Of a DNA stretch of 64,000 nt, positions 9,083-19,597 are shown one piece after another. Below the pieces are notes generated by a model. The model was not told where the DNA came from, did not search any database, and saw only the letters and a list, made by a program, of their open reading frames with translations. The translations under genes and the position numbers were made by a program. The DNA comes from Candidatus Asgardarchaeum abyssi (GTDB lineage: Archaea; Asgardarchaeota; Asgardarchaeia; Asgardarchaeales; Asgardarchaeaceae), in contig JBECUL010000002.1 in the NCBI GenBank assembly GCA_040225955.1, forward strand, positions 1-64,000. Reading direction: 5' to 3'. Each line of letters begins with the position of its first letter. Within the stretch, counting starts at the first letter, position 1.

Positions 9083-10506
9083 TTATCCGCACCCGGCTGC
9101 TGCTTAAGAATGGAAAGCAAAAAGAAAGCTTGATTTCTTGAAAAATCCATAATCTCAATGAGTTTATCTACAGTTAGATTAGGAATTTTGCTGGCGATGC
9201 ACTTCACTTCCCTTATCCAGTATTCTAGAATATCCTTATTAATAGTTAATGTAAATTCATTTTCTTCAGAGTTGTACTTGACGTCATCTATTAGGAAACG
9301 AATCCACGAATCCAAATTTAAAAGAAGAGCAGCTTCTGTGTCATCTCCTAAATTTAAATCGTAATCGAATTTTAAAGTGATAGATGGGGAAGAATTGTTT
9401 TGATTGCGTGCTATGTCTATTAACGATTTCGTAACTGTAAGATTCAGAATCTTTAGGTTAAGGATGCTTACCAAATGGAATAAACTTTCGTATAACACAA
9501 TTGAGATTATGAGAAGTGCAATTCTAAAAGTTATAAGCAGTATGTACTCTACAAGAGAAAAAGTTTCAGACGAGCTAGTTGATGCCAGATATGGCAGCAA
9601 CCCAAAAAGTAAGAAAACAAGCAAAAATCCAAATATCGCATCATTACACATAATGGTAAAATATTTTTTTAGAGACATATTGGAATAATCAAGATAAATA
9701 GGTTCGTCATCGATCCGCATAAAGCCATAATCAATAAGTTCATCTTTGCTGTAGTCCTCTTCAAATTCTTCCATTCCTAGAAACATCCAAACGAAAGCAG
9801 GTGCTATTGCATACATGTAGAAGATAATTTGCTCAACATCACTTGTTGGATTGAACGAAATTATAAATAATGGTGCGCTAAGGTAAAAAAATGTTATAGG
9901 ATATTCTACAAAACGGCTTTCATTTAGTAACAAAAGTGTTGGTGTTAATAATGAGAGAGACACTAAAACTATGAATGCTGCAAGTAAGTACGGATTTGGC
10001 GTGACGTCAGGAACAATAAAAATGGTAATTACTAGAGTAATTCCACCAGCTATTGCAGCAAGTATCAATGCAGCTAATATCGAAGTTATTACGTCTGATA
10101 CTATAGTATAATCTTGAAACTTGTTTGAGAAAATTAGTGTATTCTCTCTTCTCTCACTCAGTTTAAAAACCCTAGTAACCACTAAAGCGTATGAAACAAA
10201 GAGAAGTAATCCCAATACATACCAGTATCGTGGTACATTTCCTCCTTCAAAAAGTTTTATTGTTGCAAGAGGGAATCCAAGATATGAAAAATAAAATAGG
10301 AGAAAGACTATATTTGCTCTAATTGCCATGGTAATTATTTTTTGTTTTTTCTCATAGAGTAAACTTAGGTTGTCCACAGAGACATTTTTAACTTCATCAT
10401 ATATAAGACGAATTAGCATAAGAAATAATGCAAGTATGCTGAAAGTCAGTATTCTTGTGATGATCTCTAGAAACATAAGCACCACTGCTGCATAATATAT
10501 AAACAA
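9079..10506 (-). CDS. polytopic membrane protein (about 9 TM) with soluble C-terminal domain
   Basis: Multiple hydrophobic 20-aa stretches; translationally coupled to the WD40 gene. Confidence 0.75.
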   Translation of the reverse strand: MFIYYAAVVLMFLEIITRILTFSILALFLMLIRLIYDEVKNVSVDNLSLLYEKKQKIITMAIRANIVFLLFYFSYLGFPLATIKLFEGGNVPRYWYVLGLLLFVSYALVVTRVFKLSERRENTLIFSNKFQDYTIVSDVITSILAALILAAIAGGITLVITIFIVPDVTPNPYLLAAFIVLVSLSLLTPTLLLLNESRFVEYPITFFYLSAPLFIISFNPTSDVEQIIFYMYAIAPAFVWMFLGMEEFEEDYSKDELIDYGFMRIDDEPIYLDYSNMSLKKYFTIMCNDAIFGFLLVFLLFGLLPYLASTSSSETFSLVEYILLITFRIALLIISIVLYESLFHLVSILNLKILNLTVTKSLIDIARNQNNSSPSITLKFDYDLNLGDDTEAALLLNLDSWIRFLIDDVKYNSEENEFTLTINKDILEYWIREVKCIASKIPNLTVDKLIEIMDFSRNQAFFLLSILKQQPGADK

Positions 10507-10711
10507 AATCTGACTTAATAACTATTTATTCCCTTTAATTGTAAAAATTTTTCTTAATCATTTATCAAAGGAATGGCTATTGCTATAATTACACTGATAG
10601 GATTTCTGATAAATATTAATACGTACAAGGAAATGGATCTTGATTAAAAATTAGTAGATTATTAAAGAAATTTGGTAAATGGCACGTTACTCGGTTTGAG
10701 TTGTATGATCG

Positions 10712-11797
10712 TTACATCACGTTCAGAAAACGAGGGTCTAAACCGAGTTTTATTAATGTGTCAACATCAATACTTTCCATGGATCTCACATCGACAAGTC
10801 CGTCCTTATTTCGCTCAAGAAAGAATATTTTCAATCTTAGCTCAATATCACCGCAAAGCTTATCAAGAATTCTAAATGTTTCAATACTATGTGTGGAAAG
10901 AAATATTTGCAGTTTTCTTTCTTTAGCGGATTTTAAAATGAACTCGATTAGCGTCTTAAGGCCTCCAGGATGTTGATTATTCTCGGGTTCTTCTATCAAC
11001 ACAGCAGTGTTATTTAACGTTAGCAATATTGAAGCTATCATGACAGCGTTTCTAGCACCATCACCCAAGTCATCGATCCTAACTGTAGTGTTAGATAATT
11101 TTAGTGCAAGGACATTAGTACCTCCTATTGGCATATAAGTAATATCTTCTGCGTCAGATTCGAACCCTTCTCTTATCATTTTGGTTATGTGTTTATCAAG
11201 TCTTTTGCTTAAAATTTTAGCCCAAGTAAAGTCCTCAACAAGTTTTGGATTCATTAAAATTTTTGTATCGATAAGAGTGACATTCTCAAGAAATTCAATG
11301 ACCTTACCATATCTATCAGTAAGTTTGTTTTTATTATCTATAGGTATCTCCATTTGGCTCTTAGTTTTCTTTGACAAAAAATAACTCCTAGAGATGTTAC
11401 AATAATCATATTCCTGACTTTTTCTTAAATCGTCTGGGATTTTCAGCCAAGCATGACCTTCAGATTCAAAATCAAACAAACTGAATGTCATTTTGGTATC
11501 AGTTGTGAATGTAAGATTTATTTCTATTTCTCTGTTAGTATCCATTCCAAACCATAATACATCTCGCGATTTGGTCCAGTTCCCTCTACCAGTTCTTCTT
11601 AAAATTATGTATGTCACTTTATTTTCTTTATGTAACTTATCATAATGGTTAGCCCAATCCGATGCTAAATATATTGACTCAAGGATCGTTGATTTCCCTG
11701 ATCCATTTCGGCCTAAAAATACATTAACATTAGCAAAGCCATCGATTGAGCATTTTTGAATTCCCCTAAAGTTTTTAATGCTGATAGATTTAAGCAT
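10712..11797 (-). CDS. AAA_15/AAA_21 ABC-type ATPase (OLD/AbiEii-like defence-associated class)
   Basis: IKNFRGI, Walker A GRNGSGKST, signature LGDG, Walker B LIEEPENNQHP, H-loop STHS. Confidence 0.85.
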   Translation of the reverse strand: MLKSISIKNFRGIQKCSIDGFANVNVFLGRNGSGKSTILESIYLASDWANHYDKLHKENKVTYIILRRTGRGNWTKSRDVLWFGMDTNREIEINLTFTTDTKMTFSLFDFESEGHAWLKIPDDLRKSQEYDYCNISRSYFLSKKTKSQMEIPIDNKNKLTDRYGKVIEFLENVTLIDTKILMNPKLVEDFTWAKILSKRLDKHITKMIREGFESDAEDITYMPIGGTNVLALKLSNTTVRIDDLGDGARNAVMIASILLTLNNTAVLIEEPENNQHPGGLKTLIEFILKSAKERKLQIFLSTHSIETFRILDKLCGDIELRLKIFFLERNKDGLVDVRSMESIDVDTLIKLGLDPRFLNVM

Positions 11798-12144
11798 GAA
11801 GCAGTTCCTCCATATTTCTCATCTATATATTCATGTATATAATGCTATTTGTTTTATTTATTATTACTTCCTTCTTATTAACAAGTGTTAAACCTCTATA
11901 AAAATAAACAATCTACATTGTTTGCATTTTGCTAGAGAGCAAGATAACAAAACAATATAACACTAGCCTATAGGTATTGAGCAATTTTCCCCAGAAATTT
12001 CAATCTGCCAAAGTCCCTAATATTCATATTTAGTTGTCAATAAGTTTAGGAATTATGCTGTTCGATTCAATAGAATAATATGTACATGCGCTGTTAAGTG
12101 TTTATTGAGGCTATCAACAATATTGTTTTTAACGGGGATTTCTA

Positions 12145-13656
12145 ATGTTGAGCAAGCTTTCCAAATTTAGAAAAGATGCCAAGTACTATATAGTAGTAGC
12201 TATTCTTATTTCCTCTTCTCTTCTATTGTTTTCAGTATTTTATCGGATATTCCGTTGTGAGATACCTTCGTTACCTGTACCTCCGTCAGAACCTATTGCA
12301 CCAACATCCAGCCCGTGTGATTATATTATTAACCGTACTGTTATTTTTGAGAATTGCACAATGGTTTTTAACAACAGTTTATTTATCGAAAAAGGTGGTG
12401 CATTAATCCTTAGAAATACGACTTTATATTTTAGGGCACAAGGCGATGATTTGTGTGAGATTATTGTATATGCGGGAGGCAACTTAACGATAATTGATTC
12501 TTGGATAGCCGGGTATGCGTATAGGAGGAGCTATTATATTGTTGTGTACAAAGGAGCTAAATTTTTAATGAGAAATAGTACGATAAGCTATGCTGGGGGC
12601 GAAGGTGTCTGGATTGGTACTGACAATGTGATTATATCGGGTTCTAAATTTCAATTTTGTAATGGTTTATTTATTGAGAACGCCGAAAATGTTACTTTAT
12701 ATGACAACATATTTTCTGATAACGAATATGGGATTCAAGTGTTTAATGTAAGCAGCATTATGATATTCAATAACACAATAAATAGAACCTCACATGAAGG
12801 GATAGTTGTCGCTGAGTCGGAAAATGTCCTTTTAGCTAACAACACTATAAATAATTATTTCTCTTATGGTATTCTGCTTGATGATAATGTTAATGTCACG
12901 CTGGTAGATAATTCTCTGCTTCATTGTGGTCTTTATATAACTGGTTTTAACAGTTCCTCATTTGATATATTTGTTCATGGCAATACAGTAAATAATAAGC
13001 CCCTTCTGTGTTTGTTTAACAAGAGTGATCTTGTTATAAATGATAAAAGTATAGGTCAGTTAATAATTATTTTCTCAAAAAATATTCGTATTGTCGGGGC
13101 GGAGATTAGTGATACGACCGCAGGCATAATAGTGAGTAGAAGCGAATCAATTGTAATAGAGGACTGTAAGGTAACGTATAATTATTTTGAAGGCATTTTT
13201 CTGTTTCGAAGCTCAAATATTTGTCTCTCAGGTAATGATATTTCAATGAACAGAGATGGGATTTTCATAGAGCGTTCAGAAAATGTTACGATTAGAGGAA
13301 ATGTGATACGTAAGAACATTGGCTCTGGTATAGAAATTCAAGACAGTAAGAAGATAGGCATTGCTAATAATACTATTTCTGAGTGTTATAATGGAGTATT
13401 TGCTAGAGGGAGTTCAACAATAATGATAGTAAACAACACAGTGTCAAATAACCATTATGCGTTTTATTTCCAGTTTTGCAGTGGCAGAGTTGTAGAAGGA
13501 AATATCTTGATAAATAACACGCACAATGAGATTGTTAGTGAATCAGAAGGGTTAGGGATTCTCGGTTCTGCTTTTCTAATAATGGTTGTTAGCGTATCTT
13601 TTGCAACAGCTTCGCTTTTATATCTTTATACTAAGAGTAAAGAGAGTCTCGAATGA
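12145..13656 (+). CDS. membrane-anchored right-handed parallel beta-helix (NosD/CASH-like) surface protein
   Basis: N-terminal hydrophobic helix, many GI..S.N..I..N.I repeats, C-terminal TM helix, many NxS/T sequons. Confidence 0.85.
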   Translation: MLSKLSKFRKDAKYYIVVAILISSSLLLFSVFYRIFRCEIPSLPVPPSEPIAPTSSPCDYIINRTVIFENCTMVFNNSLFIEKGGALILRNTTLYFRAQGDDLCEIIVYAGGNLTIIDSWIAGYAYRRSYYIVVYKGAKFLMRNSTISYAGGEGVWIGTDNVIISGSKFQFCNGLFIENAENVTLYDNIFSDNEYGIQVFNVSSIMIFNNTINRTSHEGIVVAESENVLLANNTINNYFSYGILLDDNVNVTLVDNSLLHCGLYITGFNSSSFDIFVHGNTVNNKPLLCLFNKSDLVINDKSIGQLIIIFSKNIRIVGAEISDTTAGIIVSRSESIVIEDCKVTYNYFEGIFLFRSSNICLSGNDISMNRDGIFIERSENVTIRGNVIRKNIGSGIEIQDSKKIGIANNTISECYNGVFARGSSTIMIVNNTVSNNHYAFYFQFCSGRVVEGNILINNTHNEIVSESEGLGILGSAFLIMVVSVSFATASLLYLYTKSKESLE

Positions 13657-13816
13657 AAAATTTTCAGAAGAACATCAAAACTGGTTAACTAAAAACAGTA
13701 TCAAAGCAGATGTAAATTTTTAAATTTATCAAATATTTGCAAAAAACGAGGTACATTCTCTTCTCATCAACTGTATACTCCACGTGCTCTACCGTATGTG
13801 ATCATGGCCGTGATAA

Positions 13817-14875
13817 TCAATGTTTCCGTTGTTTATATTTGCGCAGAAGCATTTTTTTCTCCTCTTCACTTAGGTTTAATATTTTCCCGAGAGTGTCAAT
13901 TATATTTTCAACACCAACTTCCTTGATGACTCTTTCCAGACCGACAGCATCAATAACTTTTTTTAGACCGACAGCATCAATAACCCTCTTTAGACCAACT
14001 GCGTTGATTGCTTTTTCTATTCCTAGTGCTTCTATGATATCGCGTACTTCTTTTTCAGTCAGTATCTCACTCACACTTATTTGTACCACCTCCTTCGAGA
14101 ATAATATTAATATAGCGGCTAATATATCTTTTGCAATCTCACGAGCTTCTGCATTTGAAAAACGCCAGACATGTAAGAGGTATTCGGCATCAGGATTTAG
14201 CAGGCATAGCATTTCCCCATATGTAATAACTAATTGATGCAAAATTTTTTTAATTTTCTCATCACCTTGCTTTATTGCCTTCTCCCACAATTCGGGTCGT
14301 CTAAGTTTCTCTCCAAGAGAGCGACATTCTTCTGGTGTTTCACATAAATTGGCAGCCATTAGGAGGTGTTCAGCCACGTTCATTTCACTAAAAACTATGA
14401 GATATATCTTGAAGAATGGTGATGCTTCTATTACGTATACACCATCATTTATTTTGGCGGCGAGGTTATGCACAATCAAGAGGTTTAAATGCCGTTTAGT
14501 TATGTTAATCGATATGATGAGCGGTATGTAATTTGTTCTAATGCTTTTACTTTTGATAATCTCTTTGCAATATCCAGTTGAGTGTATGTGTGCGGCGGTA
14601 TGCATTAAAATCTCAAAGTAGGAATCCAACGTAAACGGTTCTTCGAAATCAATGATCATGATTCGTCCTGTGTCTGTTTCGTAAATCTTGTCGATTCGAA
14701 GAGCACCTTTGACTATCTCAACGGGTAATTCTCTTAGAACGCTATGTCCACAATCAACAGGGAGAAGATGATTTAGTAGAGCAAGTACTTTGTTTGAGTA
14801 TTCTGAGAAAACACGTTTAAAGAAGACATCGAATCGTTGCATAAGACTCATCACCAAATTAACTTTAATGCACAT
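13817..14875 (-). CDS. Rpn/PD-(D/E)XK-like nuclease-domain protein with C-terminal 9-aa repeats
   Basis: N-terminal FDVFFKRVF and LRIDKIY..GRIMIIDFE; tail of VIDAVGLKK-type repeats. True start is probably one of the downstream Met codons. Confidence 0.6.
   Translation of the reverse strand: MCIKVNLVMSLMQRFDVFFKRVFSEYSNKVLALLNHLLPVDCGHSVLRELPVEIVKGALRIDKIYETDTGRIMIIDFEEPFTLDSYFEILMHTAAHIHSTGYCKEIIKSKSIRTNYIPLIISINITKRHLNLLIVHNLAAKINDGVYVIEASPFFKIYLIVFSEMNVAEHLLMAANLCETPEECRSLGEKLRRPELWEKAIKQGDEKIKKILHQLVITYGEMLCLLNPDAEYLLHVWRFSNAEAREIAKDILAAILILFSKEVVQISVSEILTEKEVRDIIEALGIEKAINAVGLKRVIDAVGLKKVIDAVGLERVIKEVGVENIIDTLGKILNLSEEEKKMLLRKYKQRKH
13938..14011. repeat. 27-bp-period coding tandem repeat
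   Basis: AGACCGACAGCATCAATAAC at 13938 and 13965, with a degenerate third copy at 13992. Confidence 0.9.
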
Positions 14876-14960
14876 AAAAAGTGCTACAAGCCAAATAAAG
14901 TTTTCGAGTTTGTGTCCTATTGAAAAATAATTTTTGATTAGGAGGTTAGGATATCAATTA

Positions 14961-16571
14961 TTATTTTGCGTTTGCTAACACATCGTTGTATACGCATTCC
15001 AATTTTCTGGTAACACTTTCCCAACTAAACTCTTTGACGACTAATTCTCGCAATTTCATACGAATATCGGGTCTTTCTTTTAGCAGTATTGAAATTTTAT
15101 TTGTCATAGTTGGAATGACTTCAGGTCCGCTGATTGGCAGTGTAAGAAGTTCAAAATTTTGCTCTGGCAAAACCTCTTTGAAGCTATTCAATATGCTCTT
15201 AAAGCCGCTAAAGTATGATGCAATGGGGATTGCACCAGCCGAAGCTGCTTCTAAAAGGACTAATCCAAATGATTCAGGAACAAGTGAAGGGAAACAAGCG
15301 ATTTCTGTAAATGCAAGCAAGGGAGCTAGATATTTGTGTTCAATAAAGCCTGTAAAGATTACACGGTTACAATCAAATGTAATATTTTCAATTTGGTGTG
15401 TGTTATTTTCGAAGTAGGCAATCAGTGAGTTCCATAACCACTTTTCCGTATCAAAATTCTTGACACCCCAATCGATTAGGGATTTCAGTAGGTCAGCATC
15501 ACCTTTACTTCCTGCATAAACTATCCACTCGCCCCATTCTCGCATTGGGCCTGCACCAGCAATTATTACTTTTAGATCGTTATATTTTGGCAAAAGAGGC
15601 ATTATGGCGAAGAGGAAATTATGAATGCCTTTCCCAGGAATAAGCCTTCCAACGAATGCTACTATTCTATCCCTCTCAGGATCTAATCTTTCTAATTTTT
15701 CTGGAAGTGACTCATCTGGCTTTCTCTGAGAATATTGTGGAACATTTCTCAAGATTTCATCAATTTTATCTTTCGAGGCAGTTTGTATTTGTCTCAAAAA
15801 GTTCATTTCATCGGTTTTTGTCTTTCCGCCTTTTTCGGTTTTTAGTTTTTCAATTAGTTCTGAAAGAACTTTGTATCGTTGTCCTATTGGAGCTGGGGCA
15901 AATAATTTCGTATTGACGCCCAGAGGCACGATTCTCATTTTTTCCTTGAGATTATAGACCTTCTCTTTAAAGAAGTTTATTAGCCTATTCTGAAAGTTTT
16001 CATTTCCAGGCAATACAAAACTTGCTTTGGTTAATCCTTTAACAGCATACTTGAGATACCTTGAATCTTTTTGTATTGTGTACTCTAAAGAACTCCCGTG
16101 AGGTGTGATAACGAATGGGACATGATATTTCTCACTTAATAAACTTGCGATATAGGGCATCATTACGAGATGATTAGCGTGAATAATATCAAACTTTACA
16201 TCATCAAAAAATAGGGACATGGCATTAACGTTGCGATTGATATATTCATTTAGTTCTTCTTGGGATAGTTCTATAAACAGTTTTACTTCTTTAAATTCAG
16301 GGTACTTATCCATAACGTAAACTGGTAGCAAGTCCAATTCTGGGTTAACTAAAATCGCACCGAATTTTGAATCTCTTGTAAAGTATTCTTCAACTTTTCC
16401 GTTCTTAACCTTGTAAGCTTTCTTTATGAAGGGGTAGTTTTCAGGATGCCTTTCCTGGCAGAAAAGGTATACCTCATGGCCCAGATTTACTAATTCTCTG
16501 GTTACATTTTGGACGTAGATGTTACTTCCACTGCCATGTAATAAATATCCATGTAACATAGCAATTTTCAT
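14961..16571 (-). CDS. glycosyltransferase family 4 (GT-B)
   Basis: HGYLLHGSGSNIYV, TPHGS, FVGRLIPGKG, PSLVPESFGLVLLEA, FSWE. Confidence 0.9.
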   Translation of the reverse strand: MKIAMLHGYLLHGSGSNIYVQNVTRELVNLGHEVYLFCQERHPENYPFIKKAYKVKNGKVEEYFTRDSKFGAILVNPELDLLPVYVMDKYPEFKEVKLFIELSQEELNEYINRNVNAMSLFFDDVKFDIIHANHLVMMPYIASLLSEKYHVPFVITPHGSSLEYTIQKDSRYLKYAVKGLTKASFVLPGNENFQNRLINFFKEKVYNLKEKMRIVPLGVNTKLFAPAPIGQRYKVLSELIEKLKTEKGGKTKTDEMNFLRQIQTASKDKIDEILRNVPQYSQRKPDESLPEKLERLDPERDRIVAFVGRLIPGKGIHNFLFAIMPLLPKYNDLKVIIAGAGPMREWGEWIVYAGSKGDADLLKSLIDWGVKNFDTEKWLWNSLIAYFENNTHQIENITFDCNRVIFTGFIEHKYLAPLLAFTEIACFPSLVPESFGLVLLEAASAGAIPIASYFSGFKSILNSFKEVLPEQNFELLTLPISGPEVIPTMTNKISILLKERPDIRMKLRELVVKEFSWESVTRKLECVYNDVLANAK

Positions 16572-16797
16572 ATATTTTTCCTCGTACCACTTTGTTTAAG
16601 GTATATAGAAGTCAATTGTAAAAACTTTTCTACTGAAATTTTCTCTAAGAATGATGCTTTGGATGAGCTTTCCATCATTGTTTCTATTTTGTATTTGCTC
16701 TTTAGGAGAGTTTCGCATTTATATAATAGTAGAGCATAGTCATCTAAGGAATGTTTAAATAGTTATATTTCGTGTCTAATTATAGAAAAATGAATAA

Positions 16798-17448
16798 TTG
16801 GTGGTAGGAGTGACAAGTGTTAGAGTGATACAGAGATCTCTCAGGGATATGATTAAGGTGATTTTCATACAGCATCCTATAGACATAGGGCGTTTTACGG
16901 TTCAGATATTGGAAGAGAGTCTTCCCAAAGTAAAGGATGAGTTGGGCATAGATTTTGATGACGTGCTTGTCTATCCTGGTCCGCAACCAAGAGAGAGTGG
17001 TGACGTGGAGCTGTACAAGAACAAAAAGTTAATTGCAAAGATAAGCGTGAAGACTGCAGTAACTGGTGATGTGAAAGTTGCGTTTAAGAAAATATGGCAT
17101 GATATCAAAAATGGAAAAGATGGAATGATCCTTGCAGTTTATACATGTAGGCGTAAGAACGCAGATGAAGAAGTCATTAGACTTATAATGATATACCTCC
17201 CGAAAATCGTTAAAGAATACGATCCTTTTGATGTATATTCGGAGTTTCGATATCTAATGACAAGAAAGGCGGAGAAGGAGAATTGTGAAACATTTCGGCC
17301 TCTTGCAATCAATGATGCAATACAATTTGAATACCTCAGAAGGATCTTAACGATAGAAGAAATGGCAGAAAAAGCATACGAAGAATCCAAAAAAACGAGG
17401 GAGCTTGTTGAGGAAATCTTAAAATATCTAAAGATGAAAAAGAAATAG
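16798..17448 (+). CDS. hypothetical protein, PD-(D/E)XK-like core with coiled-coil tail
   Basis: SGDVELY..IAKISVKT resembles a D...(E/S)xK motif; charged helical C-terminus. Confidence 0.55.
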   Translation: MVVGVTSVRVIQRSLRDMIKVIFIQHPIDIGRFTVQILEESLPKVKDELGIDFDDVLVYPGPQPRESGDVELYKNKKLIAKISVKTAVTGDVKVAFKKIWHDIKNGKDGMILAVYTCRRKNADEEVIRLIMIYLPKIVKEYDPFDVYSEFRYLMTRKAEKENCETFRPLAINDAIQFEYLRRILTIEEMAEKAYEESKKTRELVEEILKYLKMKKK

Positions 17449-17598
17449 GCTAATTCTTTTAGGTTTAATTTTAATTCGAGTTTTATGGCACACTTTTCAG
17501 TATCTGTTTCTGAAAGCGTTTGTGGGATATGTAAGTCATTGTGCTGTATTTTTCGTAAAATCTTCCCATTAAAACAATTGGCTGTAGGATCAATAAGA

Positions 17599-18162
17599 TT
17601 ATTTTTCGTATACCCCGACTGATACTTCTTTGTGATTGATTCGTTTTAGTTTTCTTCCTATTTCTTTTGGTAGTAGGTCGCCAACCCATGATATCCATTT
17701 CAGTTTGAGGAGGTTGATTATTTTCAGTACTGTGAGTACGTCCTTGTAAGTGTAGAATATTACTTTTCCGTTTTTCCTACAGGCCTTTATGATTTTGTGG
17801 GTCATTTTTGGTATGTCTTTTGGATGCAGGTGGTAGGGGTCGAAGAGTATGAAGTCGAAAGATGATTCTTTTAGGTCGTAATCTATTATGTTTGCAGTTG
17901 TGAAGTTTTCTGCGAATTCTGGTAGTATCTTTTCTTTAGCTTGTTTTATTGATTCTTCTATAAAGTCTACTCCGTAGGGTATCAGTTTATATTTGCTATT
18001 GGTTATGAGGTGGCGTAGTAGCAGGCCGTTTCCGCATCCTAAATCCAATACTTTTCCGTCATGATCTATTAGGCTTAGGAAGAGGTTATATACGTCTGTT
18101 GGATATTCGTCAAATCCGTTGGGTCTCAGAATATCGGTTCCATCGTTATTTTTCCAATACAT
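17599..18162 (-). CDS. class I SAM-dependent methyltransferase
   Basis: VLDLGCGNG, YGVDF, FDFILF. The reading frame stays open about 20 codons upstream of the ATG. Confidence 0.85.
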   Translation of the reverse strand: MYWKNNDGTDILRPNGFDEYPTDVYNLFLSLIDHDGKVLDLGCGNGLLLRHLITNSKYKLIPYGVDFIEESIKQAKEKILPEFAENFTTANIIDYDLKESSFDFILFDPYHLHPKDIPKMTHKIIKACRKNGKVIFYTYKDVLTVLKIINLLKLKWISWVGDLLPKEIGRKLKRINHKEVSVGVYEK

Positions 18163-18355
18163 TTCCCAGAGTTCCTTTTTCTTTTCTCGTAGAAGTCGGT
18201 ATCTAACGTCGTCTTTACCACAGGGTGGTTAAAAAATAAAATTGCATTTCTTTCAGTAGTAATTTATTTTTGGCTATGTTATATGAATGTAACGTTCACG
18301 TCAACGCATAAAAGCATCAATCTTAAATATGTAATTATTGAATTATATTTAGGTA

Positions 18356-18913
18356 TTGGTGAGTTTGATGAGTTCGAATTTGGATCGATTTTCTGATTGG
18401 GTAGCAATGGCTATATCTGACTTAAAAACAGCGTTATTACTATATAAAAATAGGGTGAAGGCAGCAACAATATTTCATGCTCAGCAATTTGCTGAAAAGA
18501 TCTGCAAAGCGCTCATGGTATTTTTTGGAATGACGCCTCAGATGACACATTTCCCTAGCAAAATTCTGAGCAAAATCATAGATGAGCGTTTTATGGACCA
18601 TAAAGTAGAGGAGGAGGAAAAAGAACTAATAGATAGAATTACTTCATTGTCATCAACATTAGAGGATGAAAAGGCTAGACCGAGGTATGGTGTGTTGCAT
18701 GCAGATAGACTTATACCACCAGATGAGTATTATTCATACTTAGAGGTTCAGCTTTATATAAATGATGCCTTTGAGATAGCAAAGGGATTTGTTAAGCTAA
18801 TGCGTATAAAGTCCATGTCTGAGAAGCTTAGTGATTTAATTTTAGAACTGGAGGATTTAATAGATGAGTACGAGCATATTAGAGCTGAAGAAAAAGATCA
18901 AGCAGAACATTGA
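18356..18913 (+). CDS. HEPN-domain protein
   Basis: DLKTA...FHAQQFAEKICKA...TH...RPRYG; overlaps the downstream nucleotidyltransferase gene. Confidence 0.85.
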   Translation: MVSLMSSNLDRFSDWVAMAISDLKTALLLYKNRVKAATIFHAQQFAEKICKALMVFFGMTPQMTHFPSKILSKIIDERFMDHKVEEEEKELIDRITSLSSTLEDEKARPRYGVLHADRLIPPDEYYSYLEVQLYINDAFEIAKGFVKLMRIKSMSEKLSDLILELEDLIDEYEHIRAEEKDQAEH

Positions 18914-19355
18914 CAATGCAAACATACGTGAGTATTTCAAAGAGCAACTGAGGAGGTTAGTGAATCTTATTTTCGATTATGTTGATGTTGAGGGAATTCT
19001 TTTATATGGTTCCGTAGCACGGGGAGAGGGAATACCGTTAAAAAGTGATATAGACATAATTGTTATCTCATCGAGTTTACCTTCAGATGGTATTGAGCGG
19101 ACGATCATGAGACGAAAGTTTGCAAGGGTCAAGCCGAAGGATATTGAAATTATTTGGTCGACACCTAAGGAATTCGAGATAATGTACCGAAAGAAGGTAG
19201 GTCTTATACTTGATGCTCTGTATGATGGCATAATTCTTTTCGACAGAACAGGTTTTCTTAAGGGGTTTAAAGAGAGATTCGAGGATGAGTTAGCTCGGGG
19301 TAAAATTCAACGTAGAAAAGGTTACTGGGTAATACAAGAGTGGACAAGCTCCTAA
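18864..19355 (+). CDS. minimal nucleotidyltransferase (MNT) antitoxin
   Basis: LYGSVARG..SDIDIIV. Confidence 0.9.
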   Translation: MSTSILELKKKIKQNIDNANIREYFKEQLRRLVNLIFDYVDVEGILLYGSVARGEGIPLKSDIDIIVISSSLPSDGIERTIMRRKFARVKPKDIEIIWSTPKEFEIMYRKKVGLILDALYDGIILFDRTGFLKGFKERFEDELARGKIQRRKGYWVIQEWTSS

Positions 19356-19597
19356 TTAAAGAATCATTATAAATACTTTTGGGAGTATCAACTGAGAATT
19401 TCTAACATTTATATGCGATTTATATTTGATATGCGACTTGCCTAAATGTTTTTAATTAAAAGCAGCAAACTCTACTATAAAAATGTAATAATTAGTATAT
19501 CCATAGTCATAATATTATTAAGCTGATAGATTTTAGAGTTCAGAGTAAGGAAAAAAATAAATAAGTAATGAAAACAAGTTATACTTTGGTGAAAAAT

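Noticed and set aside
13938-14011. Possible mini-CRISPR
   Set aside because: Period is 27 bp with no unique 30-40 bp spacers, the repeat is in frame in a protein, and there are no cas genes.
13737-14237. 166-aa ORF with RPTASIT repeats
   Set aside because: Antisense reading of the 27-bp coding repeat.
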